IMG/VR virus record: IMGVR_UViG_3300044878_000136
Coordinates: 61,232-125,231 of that record
Direction: 5' to 3' (one strand)
Source of the DNA: a virus
Lineage: Duplodnaviria > Heunggongvirae > Uroviricota > Caudoviricetes
DNA: 64,000 nucleotides
Shown here: in pieces, positions 47,866 through 57,944 of the stretch
Layout: each line of letters begins with the position of its first letter
How positions within the stretch are numbered: the first letter of the stretch is position 1
Program-made: the position numbers and the translations under genes
Notes under the pieces: model-generated
What the model was told of the DNA's origin: nothing
Database searches by the model: none
What the model saw: the letters and a program-made list of their open reading frames with translations, nothing else

Positions 47866-48744
47866 ATGTTTCTAGATTACAGAAAGCCATCCAATGAATT
47901 GGTGGTGGACCTGATCAACCGCGATAACCCGCAGCTCCCGTTCCCCATCAAAGCGAACGAGTGTTTCTTCGGCGTTCCAACGGCGTGGTCTGCTGCCGGC
48001 AACTTCCGTAACACCGAGGTCAGCGTTACCCCACGACCTAACAGTCCGTACATCGGGGCGTTCAAGGTTCGCTACCGCCGCTTGGATATCGCATCATTGA
48101 TTCCAGGCGGGGCGTTGATTCACGATGACTGGTACATCAACAACGGCAGTACGCCGATCGCTGAGTTCCTGACGGCGTTCAACAAACGTACCGGCATGGC
48201 GTTGGCTCCTGCTGACGTCACCCAGACGGCGATTGCGGTTTATCCACAGAACCCGTCACTCAACTCGTACCTGACGATCAAGAGCAGCAGCTTGTCGTTC
48301 ATGGGCCAGGTTGGGAACAAGTTCACCCCATGCTACCCGACCTCGCTCCACGTCCCGGCGGTAACCACGCCGCTATTCCATTGGGATCTCGTACCGCGTA
48401 GCGAAGCTGACCCCCTGCGGCGCTACACCACGTACGGTCACAACTTCTCGGCGTTCTCCGATTACCTAGAAACGTGGAGTACCAGTGTCGCCAAGACGTT
48501 AGCGGCAACCGACTTGGATCTACTCAACCTTCTGGATTACATCACCACCATCACAGGTCAGACGTTTGACTTGGGCGCTGACACCACGCCAGGTGGATTG
48601 GGTGGCGCTTTCGGGCTTCGCTACGTATTGCCTGAAGCGTCGGGATACTTCAACAGCGATGACTATAACCGTTGCGTTATTCTCTACCGCTCCACGAAAC
48701 TGACTAACATGCCGGACGTTCTGCACCTGCATTATAAAGTCTGA
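47866..48744 (+). CDS. Stalk-family two-domain virion protein
   Basis: DLINRDNP, VRYRRLDI; ends LHLHYK. Confidence 0.75.
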   Translation: MFLDYRKPSNELVVDLINRDNPQLPFPIKANECFFGVPTAWSAAGNFRNTEVSVTPRPNSPYIGAFKVRYRRLDIASLIPGGALIHDDWYINNGSTPIAEFLTAFNKRTGMALAPADVTQTAIAVYPQNPSLNSYLTIKSSSLSFMGQVGNKFTPCYPTSLHVPAVTTPLFHWDLVPRSEADPLRRYTTYGHNFSAFSDYLETWSTSVAKTLAATDLDLLNLLDYITTITGQTFDLGADTTPGGLGGAFGLRYVLPEASGYFNSDDYNRCVILYRSTKLTNMPDVLHLHYKV

Positions 48745-48753
48745 GGATGACTC

Positions 48754-49257
48754 ATGGACTTCAGAAAAGGTTCAAAGGGTACGGTCCTCCTCCAGCTCCA
48801 GAAGTACGCATCGCTGACGATCACCGATCCGACGATGTGGAACTTCTCGCCGGTGGTGATCGACAACCCAGCCGATCAGTCGGCAGCGCGTGTCAAGTTG
48901 TCTCCGTCTGCCAAGAACACCACCTATAAAGGAAGTCGTACGTTCAGCTTTAAACGGTTGGACTTGCAGACGGTGGGCATCTCTTGTAAGGTCATCCGTT
49001 TCAACGTGACTCCTGGCGATAAGGCTCACGACCACTTCCCGCGCCTTCAGGCACAGCTCGGCATTCAGTTCGATGCGACCGATATCGAGAACACCGATCT
49101 GGTGGCCACTGCAACGCCTAACGTCTACACCTTGACCCTCGCGGCTAAGCCTGGGTCTCTGGCGTGGTACGGTACCACCACCATCCGCGTAGAGCCTTTC
49201 CAACACATCTCGCTCTATGTGAACGTCGATTCATTCACCTGGAACCAAACGACATGA
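48754..49257 (+). CDS. Stalk-family protein, N-domain only
   Basis: FSFKRLDL; AKPGSLAWYG. Confidence 0.7.
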   Translation: MDFRKGSKGTVLLQLQKYASLTITDPTMWNFSPVVIDNPADQSAARVKLSPSAKNTTYKGSRTFSFKRLDLQTVGISCKVIRFNVTPGDKAHDHFPRLQAQLGIQFDATDIENTDLVATATPNVYTLTLAAKPGSLAWYGTTTIRVEPFQHISLYVNVDSFTWNQTT

Positions 49258-49577
49258 CTATTCGTACTGCTACTCGTCCTAACTTCTTCCGCGTGGACTT
49301 CACCGCCGAAGCTGAGTTCCTGTCTGGCTTGACTCTCGGTGAGTTGAGTCAAGAAGACGGCATTCATCTGGCCACGATCATGTCCGATCGCGATCCTAAG
49401 GCTGCTGGCATGTGGGTCAACGATTGTGATGACACTCGTGAGACCAACGTCTGCAATGCGGAAGTCTTCCTCAACGGTCCGAACCACAACGACCTCCCAA
49501 CCAACCCACTGTTCAACAGCGTGGTCGGTGTAAACCTGGGGGATGCGACGCGGGTCTACCTCCACTTCAATCAGTGA
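49254..49577 (+). CDS. Stand-alone C-terminal (HYN-type) domain of the stalk family
   Basis: VFLNGPN..LPTNPLFN.V...VYLHFN; ATGA overlap with 48754. Confidence 0.65.
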   Translation: MTIRTATRPNFFRVDFTAEAEFLSGLTLGELSQEDGIHLATIMSDRDPKAAGMWVNDCDDTRETNVCNAEVFLNGPNHNDLPTNPLFNSVVGVNLGDATRVYLHFNQ

Positions 49578-49585
49578 GGTGATGT

Positions 49586-50569
49586 ATGGAAATTCTGGCC
49601 CTATTGGGGATGCCGAAGGTCGTGGCGGACGACCAATCTGAAGAACGTCATTCAAGACTGTTCTATGTGAGTTCGGTCACCAACACCATCAACGCCGATG
49701 TCAACCAGCCCGGTGCGCATTTCAACGCCCAGGCGACCATGGACAGCACCGGACGGTTTCAGTACGCCTTCGGGGTGACCATACCTGCTGGCGCATTCAC
49801 GCTGAATGGTGGAACGTACGATCGGTCGGTATTGGGTTTCCGTGTCGTGACGAAGGGTGGGTATAGAGGCGAACTCACAACGAATCCGTTCATGTACATC
49901 TACGCCACCGTCAAGCCAGGAACGGGTAACAACCAAATCGGTGGACCGGTTCCATACGCTCCACATCTGTCGGGCGATGAGGGTCAGTACTTCGAGATCG
50001 TTACCGACTGGAAGACCGGCACCTTCTGGATTTACATCGATGGTGCGTTTGTCACGAAGTGGGCGTTTGCCGCACCAACGGGTATCGACAACGCTTACCC
50101 GATACTGATTCGCCTCTACGCAGACCAAAACAACATCCCTTATGCGCAAGGGAATATCGTGGGTCATGTCCGCGATTTGTACATGGGTAGTTTGGGCGTG
50201 GGTGAGGTGTTCGAGCCGCTGGGCGATCTGAAGGTTGACCAACTCCTAACTACCGCCCACACCCTGTTCTCCAACAACACGCTGACCACCCTGAACAACT
50301 GGGGCGCTGCCTTCAGTACGACTCTCGATCAGGCGGGGACGAAGCTCTACACCCAGAACTACGCAGACCCAACGCCGCTGAAGACCGCGGACTACGTTTA
50401 CGGGCAGTGTGCGCAAGTGACGGGCCTCGGCTATATCGAAGTTTCTTCTAATGGCGCGAAGATCGCAGGGGATACCAAGCCTACACTCCTGCCAACCACA
50501 CGGGTCCTGAAGATCAATCCTGCCGACGTCGGTAACGATCTGACCGTCTCGTTCAAAATCGATCCGTAA
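49586..50569 (+). CDS. ConA/LamG-like putative lectin virion protein
   Basis: EIVTDWKTGTFWIYIDG...VRDLYMG...LG motif shared with paralogues. Confidence 0.55.
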   Translation: MEILALLGMPKVVADDQSEERHSRLFYVSSVTNTINADVNQPGAHFNAQATMDSTGRFQYAFGVTIPAGAFTLNGGTYDRSVLGFRVVTKGGYRGELTTNPFMYIYATVKPGTGNNQIGGPVPYAPHLSGDEGQYFEIVTDWKTGTFWIYIDGAFVTKWAFAAPTGIDNAYPILIRLYADQNNIPYAQGNIVGHVRDLYMGSLGVGEVFEPLGDLKVDQLLTTAHTLFSNNTLTTLNNWGAAFSTTLDQAGTKLYTQNYADPTPLKTADYVYGQCAQVTGLGYIEVSSNGAKIAGDTKPTLLPTTRVLKINPADVGNDLTVSFKIDP

Positions 50570-50582
50570 GTAGGAACCGCAC

Positions 50583-51737
50583 ATGAAAATTCTTGATCTG
50601 GTCGATACGTCCAGAGCTGGCACGGCTCACATGCGGGATGTGGGTGAGTTAGTGGTGCCGCCGCTGACCGGCACAATCCCGATGATGCGGGCACTGGCGT
50701 TTGAGAAGGCCGGCATCGGTAACTCGGCGCCAGCCAACTACATCTCGTACCCTGATTCTGGTGGCATCCGTATCCGTCGTTACGTCGTCTGCCGCAGCAG
50801 TGAGGTGGTCGAGAGTGGCTTTGCGTACTTACTGGACCATCTGGAACCGGGGTTGTCGGATCGACTGACCCAACTCAACCTGTCCTTCACCCACACCTAC
50901 CTACAGCTCGCGCAGAACTGGTTGTCGCAAGTGGCCGACGTGGCGATGATTCTCCAGAGTGATGCTGGCGCGTACACGATCCTGAAGATGGGTGCGATGA
51001 ACACCATCATCGGCGTACCGGTAGGTATGCGTGTGAAGCGTGAGATCGTGGTGGATCGTAAACGTCGGTCAGTGACGTGGTTCGCCAAGAACCCAGTGAC
51101 TGGACAGGCGACGAAAATGGTCACCACCTACTCCAACTACCCGACGTTGAAGTTCGCAGGGCTGTTGGTTGGGTTGATTGGTCAGATGGACGCTCCGGCA
51201 GGTTCGACGTATGGTTACAACTACACTAACGACAACCTGTATGAAGACATCCTCTTCACCGAGAACGACCTACCTACAGACCCGCCGCGTCACGGTAACT
51301 TCTCAATCGCCACCTTATCCGATGTAGTGAACAGCGCACACCCGAATGCGACCGTGCTGAACGCCCCACGTAAGCTGACGAAAGTGGTGACCGATCGTTA
51401 CACGGCCAGTTCGCCTATCCCGATCACGCTGGCTGCGCCAGTGGCGTTCAACCTGCGCAGTACGCTCTTGAATGATGCGGTTGCTCAAGGGAAGGGTAAA
51501 TGCGTGGCAGTGGTGGTGACTGCTGACCTGAAGAACGTCACTGGCAGACAGACGTGCAAGGCTGCGCTGCAAGATGGTCGCACCTCGGTCTTCAGAACGC
51601 CCAGGGCGCATCCGTTCCAACAATCCCAAGGTATGCCGGGTATTGGCGCTACCGTTGCTCAGATCGACGTCAGGCTGCCTAACGGCGACATCGACGCGTC
51701 CTCTCTCACGAAGACGATCACGCTGAGCGTCAACTAA
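50583..51737 (+). CDS. Divergent ConA/LamG-like virion protein
   Basis: EIVVDRKRRSVTWF...EDILF...HGNFSI pattern parallels the paralogues. Confidence 0.45.
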   Translation: MKILDLVDTSRAGTAHMRDVGELVVPPLTGTIPMMRALAFEKAGIGNSAPANYISYPDSGGIRIRRYVVCRSSEVVESGFAYLLDHLEPGLSDRLTQLNLSFTHTYLQLAQNWLSQVADVAMILQSDAGAYTILKMGAMNTIIGVPVGMRVKREIVVDRKRRSVTWFAKNPVTGQATKMVTTYSNYPTLKFAGLLVGLIGQMDAPAGSTYGYNYTNDNLYEDILFTENDLPTDPPRHGNFSIATLSDVVNSAHPNATVLNAPRKLTKVVTDRYTASSPIPITLAAPVAFNLRSTLLNDAVAQGKGKCVAVVVTADLKNVTGRQTCKAALQDGRTSVFRTPRAHPFQQSQGMPGIGATVAQIDVRLPNGDIDASSLTKTITLSVN

Positions 51738-51751
51738 GGAAACTCTGAGTT

Positions 51752-52870
51752 ATGGCCACGTCCTCCATTACTGGTGGCGTTTCCCTCTTCTACGGCAACA
51801 AGGCGGTCCAACAGACCGCCCTGTACTCGGTAGGGGCGAAAGCGCTATTCACCAAGACCCCTTACGGTCAACCGAACTTCACGCTCGCGCCTATCGATGA
51901 CATCTATCAGTCGATCGCAGCAAGAATCGGTCGCCCTTTCACCAAGAAGAACTTCAACGTCGGTCCTCCTGTCGCCATTGGCGGTGAGTCGATCGAGGGT
52001 GAGTACAACACCACGGTCAACATCAGTGCGGTGACCACTCAGCTGTACTCTGGCAACATCGACTTGGCCTATCCTCGGTATCCGGCAGACATCCTTACAC
52101 TGGATGTCAACCTGGACTTGCTGCGGTACAGTCCGGCGCGTACCACCATCTCGCAGGTGATCACTGAGTTCAACCGTGTGTTCGGTACTCAGCTGCCATT
52201 GGCTGACTTCGAAGACGGACCGATTGAGCAGACTGGCGAAACCTTCCTGACCGCTAAGGCTTCCTCGTACTGGTTCATCCCAGGTACCAAGGTTTCCATC
52301 GGTGTGGTGGCTCTGTCTGACCGGGACTTGGAGATCGCAGGTCTTAACTGGCCGGCTACCAAGTCGCTCGCAGCGCATAAAGCGTACTTCGTCAAGGATA
52401 CATTCCGCGTCGAGTACAACAAGCTGTTTGGTGACACCTGGACGGCCCTACAGTCCACGATCCCAGACGTGTCGAGCGTATCCACAGGCTTCGGTACAAA
52501 ACGTGACCGTCAAGTCACCATGACCTTTAACAAGGGTCAGGGCGATGTCCTCAAGACGATCTACTTCTACCGTTTGGACTTGAGTCAGCTGACGGCTCAG
52601 TTCATGACCACGTCGACGTACGATCTGTTCGCGGGTAAGATCCTCGACACAGCGAACGTAGCACGACTGACCGCCATGGCGGGTATCCCGTTCGATGCCA
52701 ACGAGTTGATCAATACCGACATCGTGGAGACCAACGAACGTGGTTCGATCTTCATCGACATCACGGCGGCGGAGAACTCCAAGTTCTTCAAGGGTACGAC
52801 TCGGGTAGAGATCACTCGCGCTCCCCACATCGCCGACACGATCGCCCCCAACACCGAATTTCTTTTCTAG
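51752..52870 (+). CDS. Stalk-family protein with two tandem domains (paralogue of 53882)
   Basis: AYFVKDTFR.E[YF]NKLFGDT shared with 53882. Confidence 0.7.
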   Translation: MATSSITGGVSLFYGNKAVQQTALYSVGAKALFTKTPYGQPNFTLAPIDDIYQSIAARIGRPFTKKNFNVGPPVAIGGESIEGEYNTTVNISAVTTQLYSGNIDLAYPRYPADILTLDVNLDLLRYSPARTTISQVITEFNRVFGTQLPLADFEDGPIEQTGETFLTAKASSYWFIPGTKVSIGVVALSDRDLEIAGLNWPATKSLAAHKAYFVKDTFRVEYNKLFGDTWTALQSTIPDVSSVSTGFGTKRDRQVTMTFNKGQGDVLKTIYFYRLDLSQLTAQFMTTSTYDLFAGKILDTANVARLTAMAGIPFDANELINTDIVETNERGSIFIDITAAENSKFFKGTTRVEITRAPHIADTIAPNTEFLF

Positions 52871-52879
52871 GTGATATAG

Positions 52880-53869
52880 ATGAAACTATATTCTGCTGTC
52901 GGGATTGAGGATTTCTCGAACCCACTTACCGTGCAAGGCGTTGGTGATGCGACCATTCGCCGACTCGGCTTACTCGATTGGTTCAACATGTCTGCACACG
53001 GGTCCTACATTCCGATCCCCACACCGGGTAAAGGTCTGAACCTGTCGGCGTACGCCAACCAGACTGGATTCCCACTCAAGGACATCATCGCCGAATACCC
53101 AACCGGCGACTGCTGGATCGCGTTTGGGGTAATGATCGATCCGATCACCATCATCCAGCAGGGCGGTTCGTTCTTCTCGGTCAGTACGTCCAACACTACC
53201 GTATATGTTCCCATGTCCGCCCTGAGTCGATACGACATCCTCCAGACATGGGGGCAGGGTAAGCGCTGCTGTGTGGAATTGGTCTGGAAGCCATTGACCG
53301 GTGTGTACAAGGTCTTCGTTAACGGTATCCAGCGTGCGTCTGGGACAGCATCGGCGTGGAACACCGGCGCCTACCCGATGAGTACCCACATCGTTAACTT
53401 CAACGCTTACGCAGTGAACGACTCGACAACGCGGATGTATGTCACCGATGCCTACATCGGGGTGGTAGACAGTATCGACGATCGACTCGGTAACTTCAAG
53501 ATCCAGAAACTGGCGCAGAAGACCTCTACCCTGAATGCTGACGGCATGACTCCAGGCGGTCCAGTACAGTTGGCCACTGGCGACCATACCGTCGAGTTCG
53601 ACACCGCGCCATTGGCAGGCTCCATAGTGTGCGGGGTGGCCGAGACTGTCCGTGCGTTGAGTCAGGGTCCTACGGCGTCAGTTACTACGAAGCGTACCAT
53701 CAACGGCAGTGAGACAGCTGCACGCAAGGCTGGCCCTATTCCAGTCACGCCCCCGGCAATTGTAATCGATGAGTTCGCCGCCCCACGAGTCATGGCCCCG
53801 CCGACACCTTACGTCCTCGGTACGCCGTTGACCGAGTGCAAACTCACCCTCTCCATCGTGAACAACTAA
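52880..53869 (+). CDS. ConA/LamG-like putative lectin virion protein
   Basis: ELVWKPLTGVYKVFVNG...VTDAYIG...RLGNFKI. Confidence 0.55.
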   Translation: MKLYSAVGIEDFSNPLTVQGVGDATIRRLGLLDWFNMSAHGSYIPIPTPGKGLNLSAYANQTGFPLKDIIAEYPTGDCWIAFGVMIDPITIIQQGGSFFSVSTSNTTVYVPMSALSRYDILQTWGQGKRCCVELVWKPLTGVYKVFVNGIQRASGTASAWNTGAYPMSTHIVNFNAYAVNDSTTRMYVTDAYIGVVDSIDDRLGNFKIQKLAQKTSTLNADGMTPGGPVQLATGDHTVEFDTAPLAGSIVCGVAETVRALSQGPTASVTTKRTINGSETAARKAGPIPVTPPAIVIDEFAAPRVMAPPTPYVLGTPLTECKLTLSIVNN

Positions 53870-53881
53870 GAGAGCTCCTTC

Positions 53882-54988
53882 ATGGCTGAGATGAATTTTG
53901 ACGGCGTAGTAATGAACGCCGTCGTCTCGGTGCCAGCGAACATGAACTTTGATGGAGTCACGGTTAACGCCGTGACTCGTCTCGCAGGCCCCACGCAATT
54001 TAAACGCACTCCCCGTGTCGAGCTGCTCGAAGCCCTCACCGCCACCACCGGCGTGGCGTTGGATCCGACCAAGTACGACATCGGCGAGGTGGTCAACGAC
54101 ACGCCAGTCACTGCCCGAGCAACCATCGATCTGATCGCACTGGAAGCCTCTGGTAAGCGACGCACCACTCCAGTGGTCTACCGTCGTCGCAACATCTACG
54201 AGTTGATCAACACCCTCGACTTGGACTTGTTGAAACCGACGACCGCGTTCCCGATCACTAACCTGACTCAGTTGGTGGATGCGTTCAACCGCACCTACGG
54301 ACTGACGTTGGCGAACAAGGACTTCAAACCCCTGATCATCAATCAGGGTGGTCCAACCACGATCATGACGGCGTTGGCCTCGTGGTATTTCGAGCCTAAC
54401 ACTCAGGTGGCTATCGGCCGTCTCGATGGTACGGATCGTGAGTTCGAACTACTGCTCAAAGGTTTGACCTGGCCAACCAAGACACTGCCTGCCCAACAGG
54501 CGTATTTCGTCAAGGATACGTTCCGGGCAGAGTTCAACAAACTCTTTGGCGATACGTTCACCGCACCGCAGACTCAGATCCCCGATGTCTCTGCGCCGAG
54601 CACTGGTCCAACGACCAACCGTGAACGTGAGGTCGCGCTGGTCTTCACCGTCGGTCAGACAGTCACCAATAAAAAGGTGTACTTCTTCCGTCTGTCGTTG
54701 ACTGACCTACCTGGTCAACTGATCGCTTCTTCTGTATGGGATCTGCAAGCTGGGAAGTTCCTGGATGCGGGTAACGTGACGGAACTGGCGACCATGGCTG
54801 GCCTGCCGCTGGACGCGTTAGAGTTCGTCAACACTGACTTGGTCGAGACAACCCCTCAAGGTCCCATCAACGTCACCTTCAAGGCTACTGATAACAGTAA
54901 GTTCTTTAAAGGTGAGGTGACCATCTCTGTCCCACGAGCGCCTTGGGTGACTACCATCGTCCCTAACGGCACTACCTTCTCTCTGTAG
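53882..54988 (+). CDS. Stalk-family protein with two tandem domains and 2 N-terminal repeats
   Basis: MNFDGV..NAV x2; VYRRRNI; YFFRLSL. Confidence 0.7.
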   Translation: MAEMNFDGVVMNAVVSVPANMNFDGVTVNAVTRLAGPTQFKRTPRVELLEALTATTGVALDPTKYDIGEVVNDTPVTARATIDLIALEASGKRRTTPVVYRRRNIYELINTLDLDLLKPTTAFPITNLTQLVDAFNRTYGLTLANKDFKPLIINQGGPTTIMTALASWYFEPNTQVAIGRLDGTDREFELLLKGLTWPTKTLPAQQAYFVKDTFRAEFNKLFGDTFTAPQTQIPDVSAPSTGPTTNREREVALVFTVGQTVTNKKVYFFRLSLTDLPGQLIASSVWDLQAGKFLDAGNVTELATMAGLPLDALEFVNTDLVETTPQGPINVTFKATDNSKFFKGEVTISVPRAPWVTTIVPNGTTFSL

Positions 54989-54995
54989 GTGATCC

Positions 54996-55940
54996 ATGAG
55001 ACTGATTTACGCGGTCACTGCGAGTGATCTTCAAAACAGCGGACATCCTTACGGCAGCATCTGGCAGGCCTGGAGACGGATCGGCAAACTGCCGCTTTTC
55101 ATCTACCTGTCTAACAACGGGACTGGAACCGGCAGTGCTGGCGGCCTTGACATCTACGGCTACTACACCTACATATCGCTCCCAGTCGGTCGGGCGATGG
55201 CGTACATGAAGCCGGAAGAGGTCATCACGGGCGGGTATTATCTGGTTGGTCAGAACGGCGGTGCCCTCGCTAACAATGCGAACTCCGCCCTTCGACTAGC
55301 CTCGTCCGTCGGTGAGGAAAGCCTCTTCACGCACGCCGACATCTATGCGTTTACAGGTGGCGGATCGGCGTTTATCGAGTACGCCGTATCGTACGACCTG
55401 AAAACGGCCACGCTGTACGTCAACGGCCGATTCGTTAAGACTGTCCAGACGACGCTGAACCACGACCGGAACTCGCTGGTCCTTTATATCTGGACCGCGC
55501 CCAGTGTCGCGACATGGTACACCTTGAGGGATATCTACGCCGCCTTCTACGATCCGTCTAAAGAGAAGCCGTACTTGGGTCGCTGGGCGTGCGAGGCACT
55601 CTCGGTTACCGCGAGCGACTTCCCGAACAGCTTGGTCGAGGACACGACGACGGACACCGTTGGTCTTACGCCGAAGACGATCGAGTTCACCTACAGCGGA
55701 ACCCGCACACTCAACAGCGTGGCCGTGACGAGTAACTGCGTATCGTCGTTTAGTGAGGCCCTAGACACTACCTTCAACAGCGGCGTTAATAGCGGCACCA
55801 TCACCATCACCCCCTCGACACCGGCGGAGGCCACCGAATCGTGGATCACCAAAGGTGCGGGTCCAGCCACCTCGTTGGGAAGCGTCAATTTTGACAACGT
55901 CTCGAAGAAAGTGACCGCTTCGCTCAAACTGAAGCCATAG
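54996..55940 (+). CDS. ConA/LamG-like putative lectin virion protein
   Basis: EYAVSYDLKTATLYVNG...LRDIYAA...YLGRW.C. Confidence 0.55.
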   Translation: MRLIYAVTASDLQNSGHPYGSIWQAWRRIGKLPLFIYLSNNGTGTGSAGGLDIYGYYTYISLPVGRAMAYMKPEEVITGGYYLVGQNGGALANNANSALRLASSVGEESLFTHADIYAFTGGGSAFIEYAVSYDLKTATLYVNGRFVKTVQTTLNHDRNSLVLYIWTAPSVATWYTLRDIYAAFYDPSKEKPYLGRWACEALSVTASDFPNSLVEDTTTDTVGLTPKTIEFTYSGTRTLNSVAVTSNCVSSFSEALDTTFNSGVNSGTITITPSTPAEATESWITKGAGPATSLGSVNFDNVSKKVTASLKLKP

Positions 55941-55947
55941 GTAGATC

Positions 55948-56901
55948 ATGAGATTACTATTCGCTTATACCGGTAAGGGGTTGATCAACTCCGCGTCCGG
56001 CATCCCCAACGGCGTCATCAACGTTTGGCAACAGGCTGGTAATACTCCCTTCGTCTATCATCAGTCGACCAGTTATGCGATCCAGCAGGCAGCCGGTGAT
56101 GAACTCAGCGCCGCCATCGGCTACAGCCACATCTTCGCTCGCAGCTTCGACCTTCTCGGTCGTCTGTCGGCGGATGAGGTACTGACGTGGGGGTTCCGCT
56201 ACCGTGGTACGTATGACACGGTCAACGCCTCCCCACTCGCCGGCTTGCTGGTCAATGATCCGCGGCAAGGCATCTACCCGGTACTGTGGTCTGATGGTGG
56301 GCAGAACGGCGCCGCGATCTTGGACCTGTTCATTGAGGTGACGGCCGATCCGGTCGCTCGCACTGTCACTGGGTACATCAACGGCCGGAAGACCCGCACC
56401 CTGCCGATCCCCGATACCGTGCTGTGGAACGAGGTCAACCTCGGTTACCTGCTGTACCATCCAAGCTCATCCGCTACCAAAACGTTCAACCATTTCTACT
56501 CGGCTGTCTTCAAGAAATCCGAAGGGGTGACTCACCTGTCGGCGTGGGAATGTGAAGAATGCGTGGAACTCAGCAACGAGATGCGGGATGGTGGTGGGGC
56601 ACTGACCAACAATACCGTCAACGAAGCCTGGAAGTCGGTGGTGTATAAAGCACCTACCGTACCGCTCGATGAGGTCGCTGCCGATCTCACTGGGATTAAC
56701 CCACAGCTGTACTCCACTCTGATGACTGAGTTGTCTGACGGCACTACGACCAAGGCCTATTCGCCAACATCGATTGGCGCTTTGATCAACAACACCGAGT
56801 TCTCTAACAACACCTCCGGTAAGCCGCTGGCTTGGCTGAGTCCCTCCAAACTCGCCACTCAGTACACACTGAAGCTCAAGGCATTGCCGCCTCAGGAGTA
56901 A
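55948..56901 (+). CDS. ConA/LamG-like putative lectin virion protein
   Basis: IEVTADPVARTVTGYING...HFYSA...HLSAWEC. Confidence 0.55.
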   Translation: MRLLFAYTGKGLINSASGIPNGVINVWQQAGNTPFVYHQSTSYAIQQAAGDELSAAIGYSHIFARSFDLLGRLSADEVLTWGFRYRGTYDTVNASPLAGLLVNDPRQGIYPVLWSDGGQNGAAILDLFIEVTADPVARTVTGYINGRKTRTLPIPDTVLWNEVNLGYLLYHPSSSATKTFNHFYSAVFKKSEGVTHLSAWECEECVELSNEMRDGGGALTNNTVNEAWKSVVYKAPTVPLDEVAADLTGINPQLYSTLMTELSDGTTTKAYSPTSIGALINNTEFSNNTSGKPLAWLSPSKLATQYTLKLKALPPQE

Positions 56902-56904
56902 CCC

Positions 56905-57936
56905 ATGGCTGAAGTAAAGATTGACGAGCTACTCGTCACGGCCGTCCAATATTTGGACCCAGAAGTTAAGGTCGATGAGCTGCTCGTCTCTGCCGTTCAG
57001 TACGTCGACCCTACACTGGCTGTCGACACCCTCTACGCTCGCGGTATCGCCAAACTGCCAGCGAGCGTGGTGGTGAGTGGTACCCACGTCGGCGGTCTAC
57101 GGCGTAAGATGTCCTCTACCCGATTCAAACTCGGTTATAAGGAAGAGGTTCTGGCTGCGCTGGCGGATGGTCTCGGGATTTCTCTACCCGTGGCTAACTA
57201 CGACCTCACATTGGGCGCTGGCGTGTCCGGTCAGCCGGAATACGTGAACCTGCGTCTGACTGCCAAGAAACCTTCTGGGTATCGTCGCTACAGCGATGTG
57301 ACGTATCGTCGTGTGAAAGCTAACGATCTCTTGGCGGCTATCAGTCTCGAGACACTCAAGCCTAACGAACTCTACCCGCTCAATACCACGGCGCAGATCG
57401 TCGCGCGGATGAACACCCTGTTCGGCACGAAGTTCACCGACATTGACTTTGTCGAGGAAGCCACTCCGACAGGCGCTGATCGCATCCTGACAGCCAAGCC
57501 TGAATCGTTCTACTTCCAGGCAGGGTCCACGGTCAACGTGGGGCGACTCGACATGAACGAGCGGACCACCGAGATCGCCGGTTTGGCGTGGGGTGAGGTA
57601 GAATGGCAGGCGTTTGCGAGTCATGCTACCGACTATACCCAGTTCGGTTCTGCGGCGCTGGCGGCCATCACCGGTAGCGTCTTGTCGTCAGCACACGTCA
57701 CGGCGCTGATACCTGTCCTGAACCAATACATACCCAACCACGGCTACGCTAACAGCGTATACACCACCGCCGGTGTCCGTGGACTTCAGGGTGCTCCGTT
57801 CCAACAGCTGACGCTCCCAGCGGCTACCAACCTACCGGTGGACAACTCGGGCTACTATAACCGCGCGCTTGTCATCGACCTTGCTCTAGCTCCGGTTTCG
57901 CTGTTCCGCTACTTGGTCCTCCATTACAACGTCTGA
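56905..57936 (+). CDS. Stalk-family two-domain protein with 3 N-terminal repeats
   Basis: EVK[IV]DELLV[TS]AVQY[LV]DP x2 plus a degenerate third; VTYRRV; ends LVLHYN. Confidence 0.7.
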   Translation: MAEVKIDELLVTAVQYLDPEVKVDELLVSAVQYVDPTLAVDTLYARGIAKLPASVVVSGTHVGGLRRKMSSTRFKLGYKEEVLAALADGLGISLPVANYDLTLGAGVSGQPEYVNLRLTAKKPSGYRRYSDVTYRRVKANDLLAAISLETLKPNELYPLNTTAQIVARMNTLFGTKFTDIDFVEEATPTGADRILTAKPESFYFQAGSTVNVGRLDMNERTTEIAGLAWGEVEWQAFASHATDYTQFGSAALAAITGSVLSSAHVTALIPVLNQYIPNHGYANSVYTTAGVRGLQGAPFQQLTLPAATNLPVDNSGYYNRALVIDLALAPVSLFRYLVLHYNV

Positions 57937-57944
57937 GGTGTATC

